Below the pieces are notes generated by a model. The model had not been told where the DNA came from. It made no database searches and saw nothing but the letters and a program-made list of their open reading frames with translations. A DNA stretch of 64,000 nucleotides from an uncultured Planctomycetales bacterium (GTDB lineage Bacteria; Omnitrophota; Gorgyraeia; Gygaellales; Profunditerraquicolaceae): the NCBI GenBank assembly GCA_964354795.1, contig CAYHBB010000040.1, positions 76,593 to 140,592 on the forward strand, written 5' to 3'. Each line of letters starts with the position of its first letter. The first letter of the stretch is position 1. Position numbers and translations under genes: made by a program. Positions 15,001-27,000 of the stretch are shown here, piece by piece.

Positions 15001-18000
15001 GCCTCTAACAACATAGAGATCAATCACACATTTATACTGTCCGAATGCCTCACACAGAGAAAATGGTACTGCCAATAAAAGCCTCTTTAGGCGCGAATCA
15101 GCAGTTCCTTTAAATAGATCAATACGCTTACACAATATTTCATAAATGCAGTCGAGCTCATGACAAACCTTTTCTAACTTACTAATTGATGGCTTTTCCA
15201 TGGCGTTAGCAATCTCTTCTGCCATTTCCAAGTGAGGCCACACTTCTTCTTTAATACTTTTTGCTTCTCTACGCACTAGTTTAACAACTGTTTCTTGAGG
15301 CGTTCCCCGAGGCGCTGCCCTTTGATCTTGTGGTTGCTTCCCATTCGCAGAAACCACCACTCCCAGCGCGCAGGCGCCGAGGTTAAATATGCCAAGCCCT
15401 AATGCCGACGCATGGATCGGCCCAGTGATAAGTATCGGCGCCAAGATAAACGCCAGCACCACTAGCCCAAGAATTCCAATTAAGCTTTGTCCAGATTGGT
15501 TATTGATACATGCTGTCGCAATTGTGTCGGAAACAGTTTCCCCTTGGTTTTTCCAGAGCTTCGCTGTTTCCCCATTATGCCTCACCCTGACAATCATCCA
15601 ATCATACCTATAGGGAATCCAGTAATTTTGTCTTAAGTTTCCTTGACAAATATGTGGATATTTTTTCTTTATCCGTTCCCGGGTTGAGGCGTAAAACTCA
15701 TCAATGCCCATAGATCGGGCTACCTTCATAACATGCTTTATGGCAGCGCTGTTCCACGCCCGGTAAGGATTCTCTTTGAGTTTTATCTGCCGTACGCCTC
15801 TGCTGGGATGCACTTCTTCAATAAAAAGAGCAGGCCTGCCGTCGCAGTAAAAATCTATTATTCCCAACCTCAACCTTCCAAAAGAGCCATCCAGGGGAAG
15901 GTAGGCATCGTAATTCGTAGGCGGGAATTCGACCAGGGCAGAAAGCTCAGGATGTCCGTCGATAAAACCTTTTTGCGGGAATATATCTGCAAACGGCAAT
16001 ATCCGGTAATCAAAATCTGATTCTGTTAAATCACAACGCGCAAGTACCATAAGGTTTCTGCCATCGCAAAACTTATATCCCCATTGGAAATCAGGATTTG
16101 CTTTTATCCTCTCAAAGAGCTCGCTCAGCAACCTGTCTTTTTCTGTTTGCGACAATCCCTTTTTAGAAACACCCTTAAGACTGTTTCTTCCCGGACCCTT
16201 GTCGTCATTTAACTTACGGCAGAACTGTCCCCCATCCTGAACACACGCCGCCACCATCACTGCGCCCAGCGCTCCTGCCGGATGCATAAGGCCGGCAACC
16301 GCCAGCGCGCCCAACGCCACCAGCCCGAGGAGCAAAGGTAGGCTAAAGCCGGATTGAGAAGATGGGGAAACGTCCCCGATTTTATTTATTTTATTCAATA
16401 TTTCTCTTAACCCGCGTAAGTCTTTTTCCGCGGCATTGCTCATGGCAATAATTAAGTCAAAATGCTCACCCCTAAGCTGCTCCACCTTTCTGCTGATTAA
16501 TTTATTTATAAAGCGGCGTTTGCGCTTCAGGGTGCGCAGGCTGATTTTCTCTTTGAAGTTCTTCTGCTCGTTCATTGCAAACTGCATTGTCGCCTTTGAA
16601 CACAGGAAGCTCTTTATCTCGGGAAGGGTTAACCTGATCGATACACCCTTTTCGGTCATAACCACCCTGGAAGCCACCTCTGGCCGGTTGCGGATAAATT
16701 CTTTTAAGGCCCTGGCGACATAACCGTAGTCTGCCTCGCCAAAATACACCAGGTTCCTGATCGAGGCAAACTCTGGGTTAACCACAAGCTCCCGCAGGTG
16801 CGGCTGTTGTGCAGAACTAATGCCGATTACCTGCTGGTAGAGCTTGCGCAGGGTAAGGTGAAACTTAAATTCAAAAACCGCGTTTTCGCTTATTGCATCA
16901 AATTCTTTTACCTGGATTTTATCCCTGATTAGCACCCTGTCAATTGCCTTCAGCCTTCCGGGGCTAAGGTTCTTTAATGTGCTCTGCCTGTTTATGACAA
17001 CCTCGTATAACCCCGATATCTCGCCAGCCCATCCCAGCACGCGGTAGCGCCAACCTTCACCTGCCTGCGGCCACTTAGCCATATCCTTGACCGCTGCCCG
17101 GACAAATCCATGGATCATCTCAGCTGCCTGCCCATTGTATTCTAATAACTGCGTAACTTTCCTGCGGAAATTTGCAAACGAAAAGTCCCGGTTCACGAAG
17201 TTGCTCAATTTCTCTAAATCTTCCTCGACAGAAACGAAGCCAGGATTATTTTCTTGGGAAAGCACTGCGCCAAGAGCAAAAATGCCAAGCGCTAGTGCCG
17301 ACGGGGCATGAATCAGGCCGGCAATAAGTATTGACGCTAAGATAAACACCAGCGCCACCAGCCCGAGGAGCGCGATCAGGCTTTGGCCGGAGTCAGAGAA
17401 AATAGAACCGTCCCCTTTATTTGCAGGCAGGCTGAAGCCGGATCTGGATTTTTGGCTTTGTTCTCCTATCCTCTTGTGCAACAAGGCCTCCACGGAGGTG
17501 GAAGCGTCCCCTTTACTATATTTTTCTCTCATCGTGGCAAACTTCTTCGCTATTATTCGCCTTTTTTCTACACTATTCAACATCCGAGGACGGAATATAA
17601 GATAGGACCGAAAACCGGATAATTTAATATCAATAACCACAGGGGCCGTTTGTCCGTCTGCTAATGTTCTAACAACCACGTTAGCAGAGGATAAATCCGC
17701 GAAATTAAGTCTGCTACTCTGCATAAACTCTTCAATCCTTGCCATCTTATTCCAAAAGTCAGCGCTTTTGACCACCCCGTAATCTTCAAGGCGGGGAGAA
17801 ATACGGCCAGTGGCATCCAAAATACATTCTGTTTTTAGCGCAGTTTTTCCCCTGTATTTAGCGAATCCGTAAATTTTAGCAAAGCTATCCCGTAGATCAT
17901 AAGGGATAGACGGCGCAATACGTCTATACATTTTGTATTCATAACTGTTAAAATCCAGGATAAATAAATGCCGTAATAATGTGCGTATCCTCACTTCGGG

Positions 18001-21000
18001 CATAAGGATCTTAAAAACAAAGTTACCCTGCCTGTAAACGCGCCGGTGCGTGCCTCGAGCTACATAATCATCTTGTGCCTGCTGGCCATTCACAACGTCT
18101 CTGTGGTCGCGGTCGTCCATAAAAGCTGCTATCGTCTCTATTACAATCTGCCGTATTAATCGCAAAGACCAATTGCGAATCTCATGACTATTGACCTGCA
18201 TCGCCTCTTGTAATTCCTGAACTGTCTTAGGGCCCTTTCCGAAGCCTCTATGCGGACCAAATAAGCACAAGCCGCCCGGCCTTCTATAGGTAAAAACATC
18301 GACATAATCTGGATAATCTCTTAGGTTTTCCATCGAAAGAGGGCGCGGACCCAACAAAGACATTTCGCCTTTGATAATATTTACCACTTGAGGCAATTCA
18401 TCAAACAGGTTCTTCCGAAGGAACCATCCCAATGGTGTATGTCTTCTCTCTTCTGGTATGTTTGTATGAGTGAGGGTTCTAAATTTATAGATTCTAAAAG
18501 GGCGGCCTTTATATCCTATACGTTCCTCAGTATAAAAAACGGGGCCCTTCGATGTGAGTTTTATTAACGGTGCGATAATAATCGTTGCAATACAAAGAAC
18601 CGGCAACAACGATATCCCAACAATCATATCCATAGCCCTTAACCGCTTTACCCACCGCCGATAAGGAGTCTTCTCGTGTTCCTCGGTGCTTATTTTCCAA
18701 TTAAAACCAGAGTGCCCGGAGTTCGTTATTTGGCCAGCCGCGCTGATTCCATCGCTGTCGTTGCGGAGGTCTTCGCGGAGGGCATCTCTTGGGCCAATGT
18801 AGAACTTCCAAAGGATATATTCATCGGTCTCAACCAGAGAAAATCCTGCCTTCTTTAAGCATTTCTCTGTTTTGGCAACTTCTTCCGGGTCGCGATAAAA
18901 CTCTCTCTCATCTCTGCCGAAATAAACCGTAATTGCCCCGAGAGGACCCTTTATCAGATCGCTGTTTACACAGATGGCCATAATCAACACTAAGGCCTCT
19001 ATTCCGTAATCATGGTCCCTAAAATTAACCTTACTGAAAGGACCGCCGTGTATTGCATACCTGAACCATCTTTCCTGGGGCGGGTCAACAGGGCAGTCTA
19101 TAATCCCATGCCCTATGGCACAGGATTGGTCTGACCGTAGCGATATCAGAAAAACGTGTTGCTGTGGTAGTGCCTCTAAAGAGAATTTTCCATCCTCGCC
19201 GATCCGTTTTAAGACCCTGAAGAACGTGATTTCTATGTTTTTAAATCTGAAAACCTGGCAACTATTCTGGTCGAGGCTTTGCGGAAACATTACCCTGCCG
19301 ATTCCCGCAGGACAATTATAATCAGCCATACCTTTTATAAGCAGTTTGACGCGGCGGGCGGTTTCCTCAGCCGCCGAAATTTGTTCTTTTTCAAAACGAA
19401 CGCTTCGGATATACTCTTGACTCAACGGAATGGCATGATGGGGCACGGATGGGGAAGCGGGGACGTTTCCCCCTATTGTAACAGCTTTATTCTCATTGGG
19501 TTGCGAAGGCGAATTAAGAATTTGCTTATCGGAAGGCTGGATTGTTGCGGCTAATAGCGGGACGGCGGAAAGCGCAGCAAACGGCCCTGCGGTGGCGGGA
19601 TGACTCAGTAAACCAATAATAGCCGCCAGCACGCCCAGAGCCAAGAGGCCAACAAATAGTGTGATTAAGTTCTGGCTGGATGACCGACAGGGACTGTCCC
19701 CGCTTTTTGGGGACTGTCCCTGAATTTGTTTCCCTAAATCCTTGCGCTGCAACGTGCCCAAAGAGGGGGAAACGTCCCCTCTAATACACTCCCATTCCCC
19801 CTGTTCGAATTTGACTTTAACCGGCTCTCCCCTTACCCCGGATCTGTATACTGCTGACATTAACTTAATACCAATGCTGTGATCGGCAAGCGAGGATCTG
19901 ACTATTGCCTGCGTCAAATCTTTGCTTTCTGCCAGCACGGACAAGAACTCTTTCGCTGGCAAACTATCGTCTTCCGGCTCTACCGGCATAACCTCGATAC
20001 TCTTAGCGCTTCCTGTGACTACCGGGTTAGTTAAGAATAGAAGTTCGGCATGGCTGTCTCCTCCGATAGCTGCTTTATCCGAAATCCCGAATTTAGCGAT
20101 TCTTCTATACTGCACTGCTGCAACCGGGCCCTGATGAAGACTTAACAACTCATATTTGACCCTGAAACGGTCTTTTGAGATTATGGTTACCCCTTCATGG
20201 AGAAACTTTATACTAACCTGACATCTTTTTTCATCTCCATGTTTAAATGTGATAAGAATGTTTGCGTTGATTTCCGAAAGCCCTCTCAAGTTTTCTATAA
20301 CTCCCGGATCGATTTCGGAAAGCAGCTTTATTTGGCCGTCCCTGTGCCGGAAAACCGGAAAGGTAGTAAATGAATCCATCGGACGCCACAAATCAGCGTA
20401 AACTACCGCGCTATCAATATCCTTCGGATTAGTATGGCGGATCAACCACGGGATAATATCAAGGAAATGGTAGCCTGAATGCGAAATCTTGCCTCCGGCA
20501 GACTTATACGCCCATTGATTGCTTCCGTAAGACCCAAGACTCGCTTCATGCTCGTCTTTTGCAAATATCCAGTAACCGTCATTTGTCTCGTAATTAATGC
20601 TTGTAATCGGCACGGTTATCCCGTCGATACGGTTCGCAGAAATTCTTGCGGCTATTTTATTGAATACATCGGAGTATCTTTTCTGTGTAGCCGCCATAAA
20701 AAGCAACCCGGGCTTACTCTTGGCTATTCGCATCAGCTCTTCATAATCAGCAAATATCTGGCTAGCCCCGGCTTCGTCAATGCTGCAGCCTGATGGAGTA
20801 GTCAGAGGTTTATCCACAAGGACATGGTAACCAGCATTCAGCGCCCAGGAAACGTAGGCTTTATGCGAGACTGGATGAGTTGAAACAATCACTGCTATTC
20901 TTTCATAATCCTTTAATTTATCCTTCAGGCTTTCCTGTGTATCAAAGAACCGTTTGACTTCTTCCTCTGCAGGAACCCTTTTTCTCCATTCGTCGGGGAC

Positions 21001-24000
21001 ATATCGCTCTATCTCAGGCTGCTTTAAGCCCATACGTTGATAATATCTCTTGAGCTCCTCTTCATGCCCGCTATAAACTACTTCCTCCGCATCTCTACCC
21101 CTTGTGCCATTTTCTATTCTAAAATCAACAACAGCCAATAAGTGGCATTTTTCCCGATAACCCTCTAACGCGCGTAAATGAGCACTTAAAGCATACCTAC
21201 CGGCACCAATCAATATCACCCCAACTTTATGTTGTGGCAAGGAACAGCCGATAGAACCTTGCACTGAAGCCTCCCTGAAGGGAAGCGTGCCATCTTTATC
21301 TGCCTCATAAATATAATGCGTGTTATCGCTTATCGATGCTCTGATAGTAAAACTGGGGGGCGTTTCGGGGTTTTTGGGCTGGATGATCGCGCCGATGAGT
21401 GCCAGAGGCAGTACAATCGCAGCTGCCGGCGGCGCATGAATTAATCCTGCGATTAAAACCGGCACTAAAATATAAACGAGCACCACCAGCCCAAGAAGCG
21501 CGATCAGGCCTTGGCCGGAAGTAGGCTTCTTGTTAGGTTGAGGACTGACCAGGAAGGCCTTATAGAGCAGGGCGATCTCTTCGGCAGTGGCTTTTTCTTT
21601 CAATTTAAAATCCTTTATTGCTGCCTGAATAAGGTCAGAGGCAAAGAGGGTTTGCTCTTCTAGAGGCACCTGTTTCGCACAGGCGGCCTTTGGCTCTCTT
21701 TTAAGATAAGGCACCACTACGCCTAAGATATTATCTCGTTTATGTTTCTTCAAGCTAGGGATAAGGCAACCGAAATTACTTACTTTGGTAATGAAAAGAA
21801 GTGTATCGCAGGCAGTAAAAACCGGTGATTTCTCGGAAATGAAAGCGCTCTTGTACAGGCGGGCCCTCCAGTAGCGCGGAGATCCCGTGATAAGGTTATT
21901 CTTTGCGTGCCATTCGCGGAAAACCCTGCTGAAGACAGCCTCGTCATTAGCGTATCCTTTAACTTTATTCATATGCACATCATTGAGAAAATTCTGATAA
22001 GCCCTCATAAAACGCGAAACCAGCAAAGAATCTTCGGTTATAGAAATGATCAAATCTAATTGCCCTACTGCTCTAGCTGCCTTTTTCTCTGTAGTGGCGG
22101 CAGCAATCAATATGGAGGCGCGCTTAATCGCGTTAGTAAGGCCTGTAAATTCGACTTCTCTGAAGAACGGCCAGCGCAGTAATCTCTCCAACTCTGCTTT
22201 TGCGTTTTCCCGCCCTCCCCCTTGGAACAGTGACTTAATATCTTTCGCCCTGTCGATCACCCTGTTAAAACGCCTTTCTCCACACTGGCGCAGTTCAAGA
22301 CGCAATGATTCAAGATTTGAAAACATACCTTCTATGGCATGCAGGCGAAGCCCGATAAAAGGCAATGCTGCGCTCAGGCTTTCCGCCGCCAGCTTGAAAT
22401 ATCCTTTCTCAAGCAACTGCGCTGCAGTCTCCAGATCACTACGGCACTCTTTCTTAGATTCTACCTTTACGCCCTTAAGCTCATCGGCGAGAAAAGCGAT
22501 TTCCCTTACCAACTCCATAGCAGTATCCCTGGCTCCGGGATAATTGACAAGCTCTGATGATTTCCTTGAAATATCTTCAATCCTGTAAGAGAAATCTTTC
22601 ATCTTCCGGTAATCGCGGGCCAAAGAAGCAAAGATCTTATCCAGTATCCTGTGCCAGCGGTAAAGCGTAAATGTCTGCGGGCGCTGCCTGACCAAAGTCG
22701 TTCCCTCTTCGCTGAGAAGCCTGCCCATCAATATGGTGAATTTTCCGTTCTTTTTTCCTTCTTTTTCTTCGACAATCTTCTCTTTTACTTCCTGACAGTT
22801 TGCGCGTATGCGCTCATCCAGAATTTCTTTTCTTTGCTCTGCGGTTTTTCTGGATAAAGCGCTTAAGATCGCGCAGGCTGCCGGCTCATTGCCTTTTTCG
22901 ATCAGGCCCACTATTTCATCCGCTCTCTCTATACCGCTGTTTCGGATAACAATTTTAAGCTGGGCAATATTTCTCGCCACCTCTTCAGCTCCCGCCCTAC
23001 GCGTTCCTAAGCGTAAAGTGCGATGGTGCAGATCCTTGATTCTTTGGTGTCCGGCTTTTAACCTGGCCTCATGCCCATCTAAAGTCATGCCTAAAAATCC
23101 GCAGCAAGCAATGGCCCCGATTATAAACACTGGCTTAGCCAGTAAAATAGCGGTAACCCCTATCAGAATGAAGATTAATGGCAAATATTTGAACAATGAA
23201 ATAAAGTTATACAAACTGGAGTCCAGAGAAAGGCAGGCTTGTTTAAGAAAATTATATTGCTCTCCTATATCTTTTGCGCTAGCCACATCCGTTTCGGTGC
23301 AATTCCAAGTACTACCTTGATCAGGATGGCGGAAAGGAAAGTTAGTCTTTCCGTCAAAACCACTGACCAGCCTTATTGAGCCATCATTAAAAACCTTTGT
23401 CCCCGGATAAGGAATGGCTATATTATAGGACGCGCACGTGCCGAGTGCGCAAAGCATGATTAATAACGGCGGAGCACAAATAGCATGGCCCATGAACCCG
23501 GCAAGCCACAAAGGCAGGGTAACGGCGCATAAGAGAAATAGCCCCAGGGGCATAAGGTATTCGCTAAGAATGATGCCTGAAGCGGGATCACTGTTTTCGC
23601 TTCCTGCTCTTTCTTCGATTTTGTCGATGTTATCTTGGATCTCCTGCGCTGCCTCGCGCAATAGCTTTACGGCTTTTCCTAAAACAAATATATTCCTCTT
23701 ACGGTTTTCTCCAAGAAAAACACAGTTATAGAAATAACGCCCCAGGGTACTCCACAGGATAGGGTCGTTTATTGTGCCTTTATTTTCCGGCGGGTTTACG
23801 CGGCCCAGATATTTCTCCGCATTTAGCATTTCAAGAATGGCTAAATTCCCTGCAAGTTTTTTGCTTTCCTCAACAAATGTTTTCTTCGGCAAGATCAATT
23901 CTCCCTTGCCATCCTTGATGTTTTGCTCCAGTCCTCCCAGTAATACCGTCAGCGAGGAATTTAGATCGTGCTGGATCCAACTGTTAAAACCTATTGAAAA

Positions 24001-27000
24001 TACCATCTCCTGCCTGGATGTGTATGTTAATGAAGAATCTAAAAAAGTAACGAACTCCAATATTTCTTTAAAATATTGCACCCATTCTAAAGCGCTGACA
24101 AGGTGATCGTCTTTTGTTGTCAATGGCCTTTGCGGCCAGTCAATTTTCTCAGCCTGCTCTTCAAATATATTATAATGATCGTCATTCAGCTTTTCCCTTC
24201 GTTTTTTCAACTCCCCGAAGAACTGAGCCGTCATCTGCCGCACATACATGACTGAATCTGTCAACGCCGGGGCCAAAGGAGAATATTTCAGGGTTGCGCC
24301 TGCCAAATAGCCTATTACTTTCAAGAAAGCTTCTTTTTCAGAAATAAAATTGCCGATCATCTTATCCAGAAGATGAGCGTTCTCAAGGTCATTTTTGCTT
24401 ACAGCAATAAGCGACTGGTACGCGCGCATCACCCTGCCGAGCCTAGCCTGGTGATTCGATAATGCCTCGCGCTGCTGTGTGTCGATTTTATTTTCTTCTT
24501 TGGCGCGCAGAAAAAAATAATTGAACCAAGAAAGGTGATTAGGGAAGGCGTCGTTGAAATATAACTGTATCGCCTTAAATAAAAACTGCAGTGAATCTTC
24601 GGGTAAACCTTCCTTATTGTCTTCGGCCGCGCGCTCAAAAACAGTCTTTTTGTCATGGGTGGGTAAATTTCTTAGTATTTCAATAAATTCCGGACTATGG
24701 AATTCATCTTGCAGCTCTTTGGCCCCGATCCAGGAGTTTTCGTCATTTACCGCAGAAAGCGGGGTGGTTCCATCTGTAGACACATGGTAGATCTTTGTAT
24801 GAAAAGCGTCCTGCAAATCGTACAGTAAATTAAGTCTTGCGTCCTGTATATACAACGGCCCCAATTCCGTGTGCAGAAAATCCGAACGATATGCCGGGGC
24901 TTTCAAGACAATATCTCTTTTCGGCCAATTGCGGAATTCCCGGCAGAGAATAAAGGGCGTGCGCAAAGCGGTATCGATCAGTTTGTCTGCTGCCTGATCT
25001 TGGCCACGGCCCCTGAGATACTGATCAAAACAATTGCCTTTTAAGTCCTCCGCCGGGTCTGTTAAAGCAAACCTTTGCGCCTGATGCTTCAGCTGCCGGC
25101 AAATAACCTTGATCAAGACAAGCGCAAGAGAAGTTGCTCCCGCTGCCGCAGCAAAGACACTCAGGCTAGACATCGCTCCCACCCAGTCTTCAGGATCAGC
25201 TTTTACCTCTAATATAGGTAAGGCGCCTTCGGCTTTTCCCTGGATAGCGTGATACTGGTTCTCTGCAGGCTTAATAGCATAAATACCCTCTGCCGCAGCC
25301 TTAAGCTTAGCCTTTGAACCTAACACTCTTTGGACAACTGACAAGCGCAGAAGATTGTCTTTGATGCATTCACCTTGAGCATTCTTATTAAGAATCGATC
25401 TTAAGAATTTATTCCTTAGTTTGTATGAACTAAGGGCCATTGTCACGCAATTGAAGGAAGCCCGTAATTCATCTGTATCGTTTTCCGAGCCTTTACGGAC
25501 ATAGTAGTCGATTATGCCTTTCTCCAATGCCTCTTTTATTTGCGGCCTCTCCTCTAGGCCCCTTCCGCTTTGCAGGACAATATATGATTTGGAACCATTC
25601 TCTCTCATTGTGCGCGCAAAGGACAGTCCATCCATAAACTTCATCTCTAAATCAGTTATAATAATACCGAACTCTCCCTGGGCTTTGATAATCTCAAGCG
25701 CTTGCTTTGCGTCATTAGCGGTGATCGTCTCAGACAACCCGGAGCAAAAATAAAGCAGCCTTTTAAGTCCACTGAGTATGCTGGCTTCGTCATCTACTAA
25801 TAAAAGCCTTTTGTTCCCCGAAGAATTGATTACTGCACCTAAGCAAGCAAATACTCCAAGAAAAGCAAAAGACTTTAGAAAAGTGCTTAAGAACATGATA
25901 AGAGAAAACGCGGGGATAGAAATAAAGATGAAAGAAATAATAAACGGGCAAAGAATACCCAAAGCAACTAATATTTTAGTCAAAGCCTGCTTTCCGTTAT
26001 GCCCATTCATTTCATGAAGCGAGGAGATGATGCCGATAACCCTGCCTTTCTTATTAAGCACCTGCTGCTCAGTGATCCAAACGCTACGTACGCTTCCGTC
26101 GGCAAACTGATATTCCCGCTCAAAAGGCGGCAGAGTTTCCGGCTCTTTAAGCTTTTTAGCGACTACCGCGTGTACCTCCTCCTGGCACTTCGGCGCCACG
26201 AATTCCCAGACATAACGGCCGGCCATATCTTCGGCGCTATTTAATCCCAGGAACTTCACTTCAGCCTCGTTCACCCAGACAATCTCTCCATTCTCATTGA
26301 TCATGTGGGAAGGCACAGGTGAAGAGAGAAATTTAGCGTATTCTTCGGGACGATAAAGATTTTTAAGTTTGCGCACTGCTTCGCTCAGGAAACGCGGGGC
26401 GATATCCTCGACTGCGCCCTGATCGACGATTACCGTGGTATCGGCGTTCTCAAGAAGCATGCTCACCGGAGTCCCGCTTTCCATAAGCGCCTGTTTTAAT
26501 ATCTTTGCCTTGCGTTTACCGAGAGCAAGGAGAAAAACCTTCTTATCCGATTTTCCGCCTAAAACTATATCATACAAGCTCATCGTATTGGCGTAAGGGT
26601 TCACTTCGATACCGGGATAGTCCTCTCTGTTGGCGCGGATGATTTCCTCGGTAAGACGCACTTTTTTGAGCCTGCCCTGCTCTCTGATATCCAGATGCGA
26701 ACCTTGTGAGTTAAGGCCGATATGCCCATCCGAACCTACGCCTACAACAATAATATCCGCTCCCCCGAAATGCTCATTAAGCTCATTCATATAGGCTTTG
26801 GGATCAGGGCCGGCTCCGATATAATGAATATTTTTTCTTGATTCAGGCGTAGTGAAAACCAGCGAAAATAGTTCTTTCTCAAGCGTGTGCGCGTAGGAAT
26901 AAAGGCTGTCCACATCAAGGCCCTGGTATTCAGCTAACTGAAAAGCGTTCAATCCCTGCCAATAGATGCAGTATTCCTGGTCAGCAAGCGCCCGTAAGAA

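Noticed and set aside
5090-21520. CRISPR array or IS-derived repeats as the explanation for the recurring linker
   Set aside because: Spacing is irregular and kilobase-scale, the repeats encode hydrophobic helices, and I saw no cas or transposase sequence.
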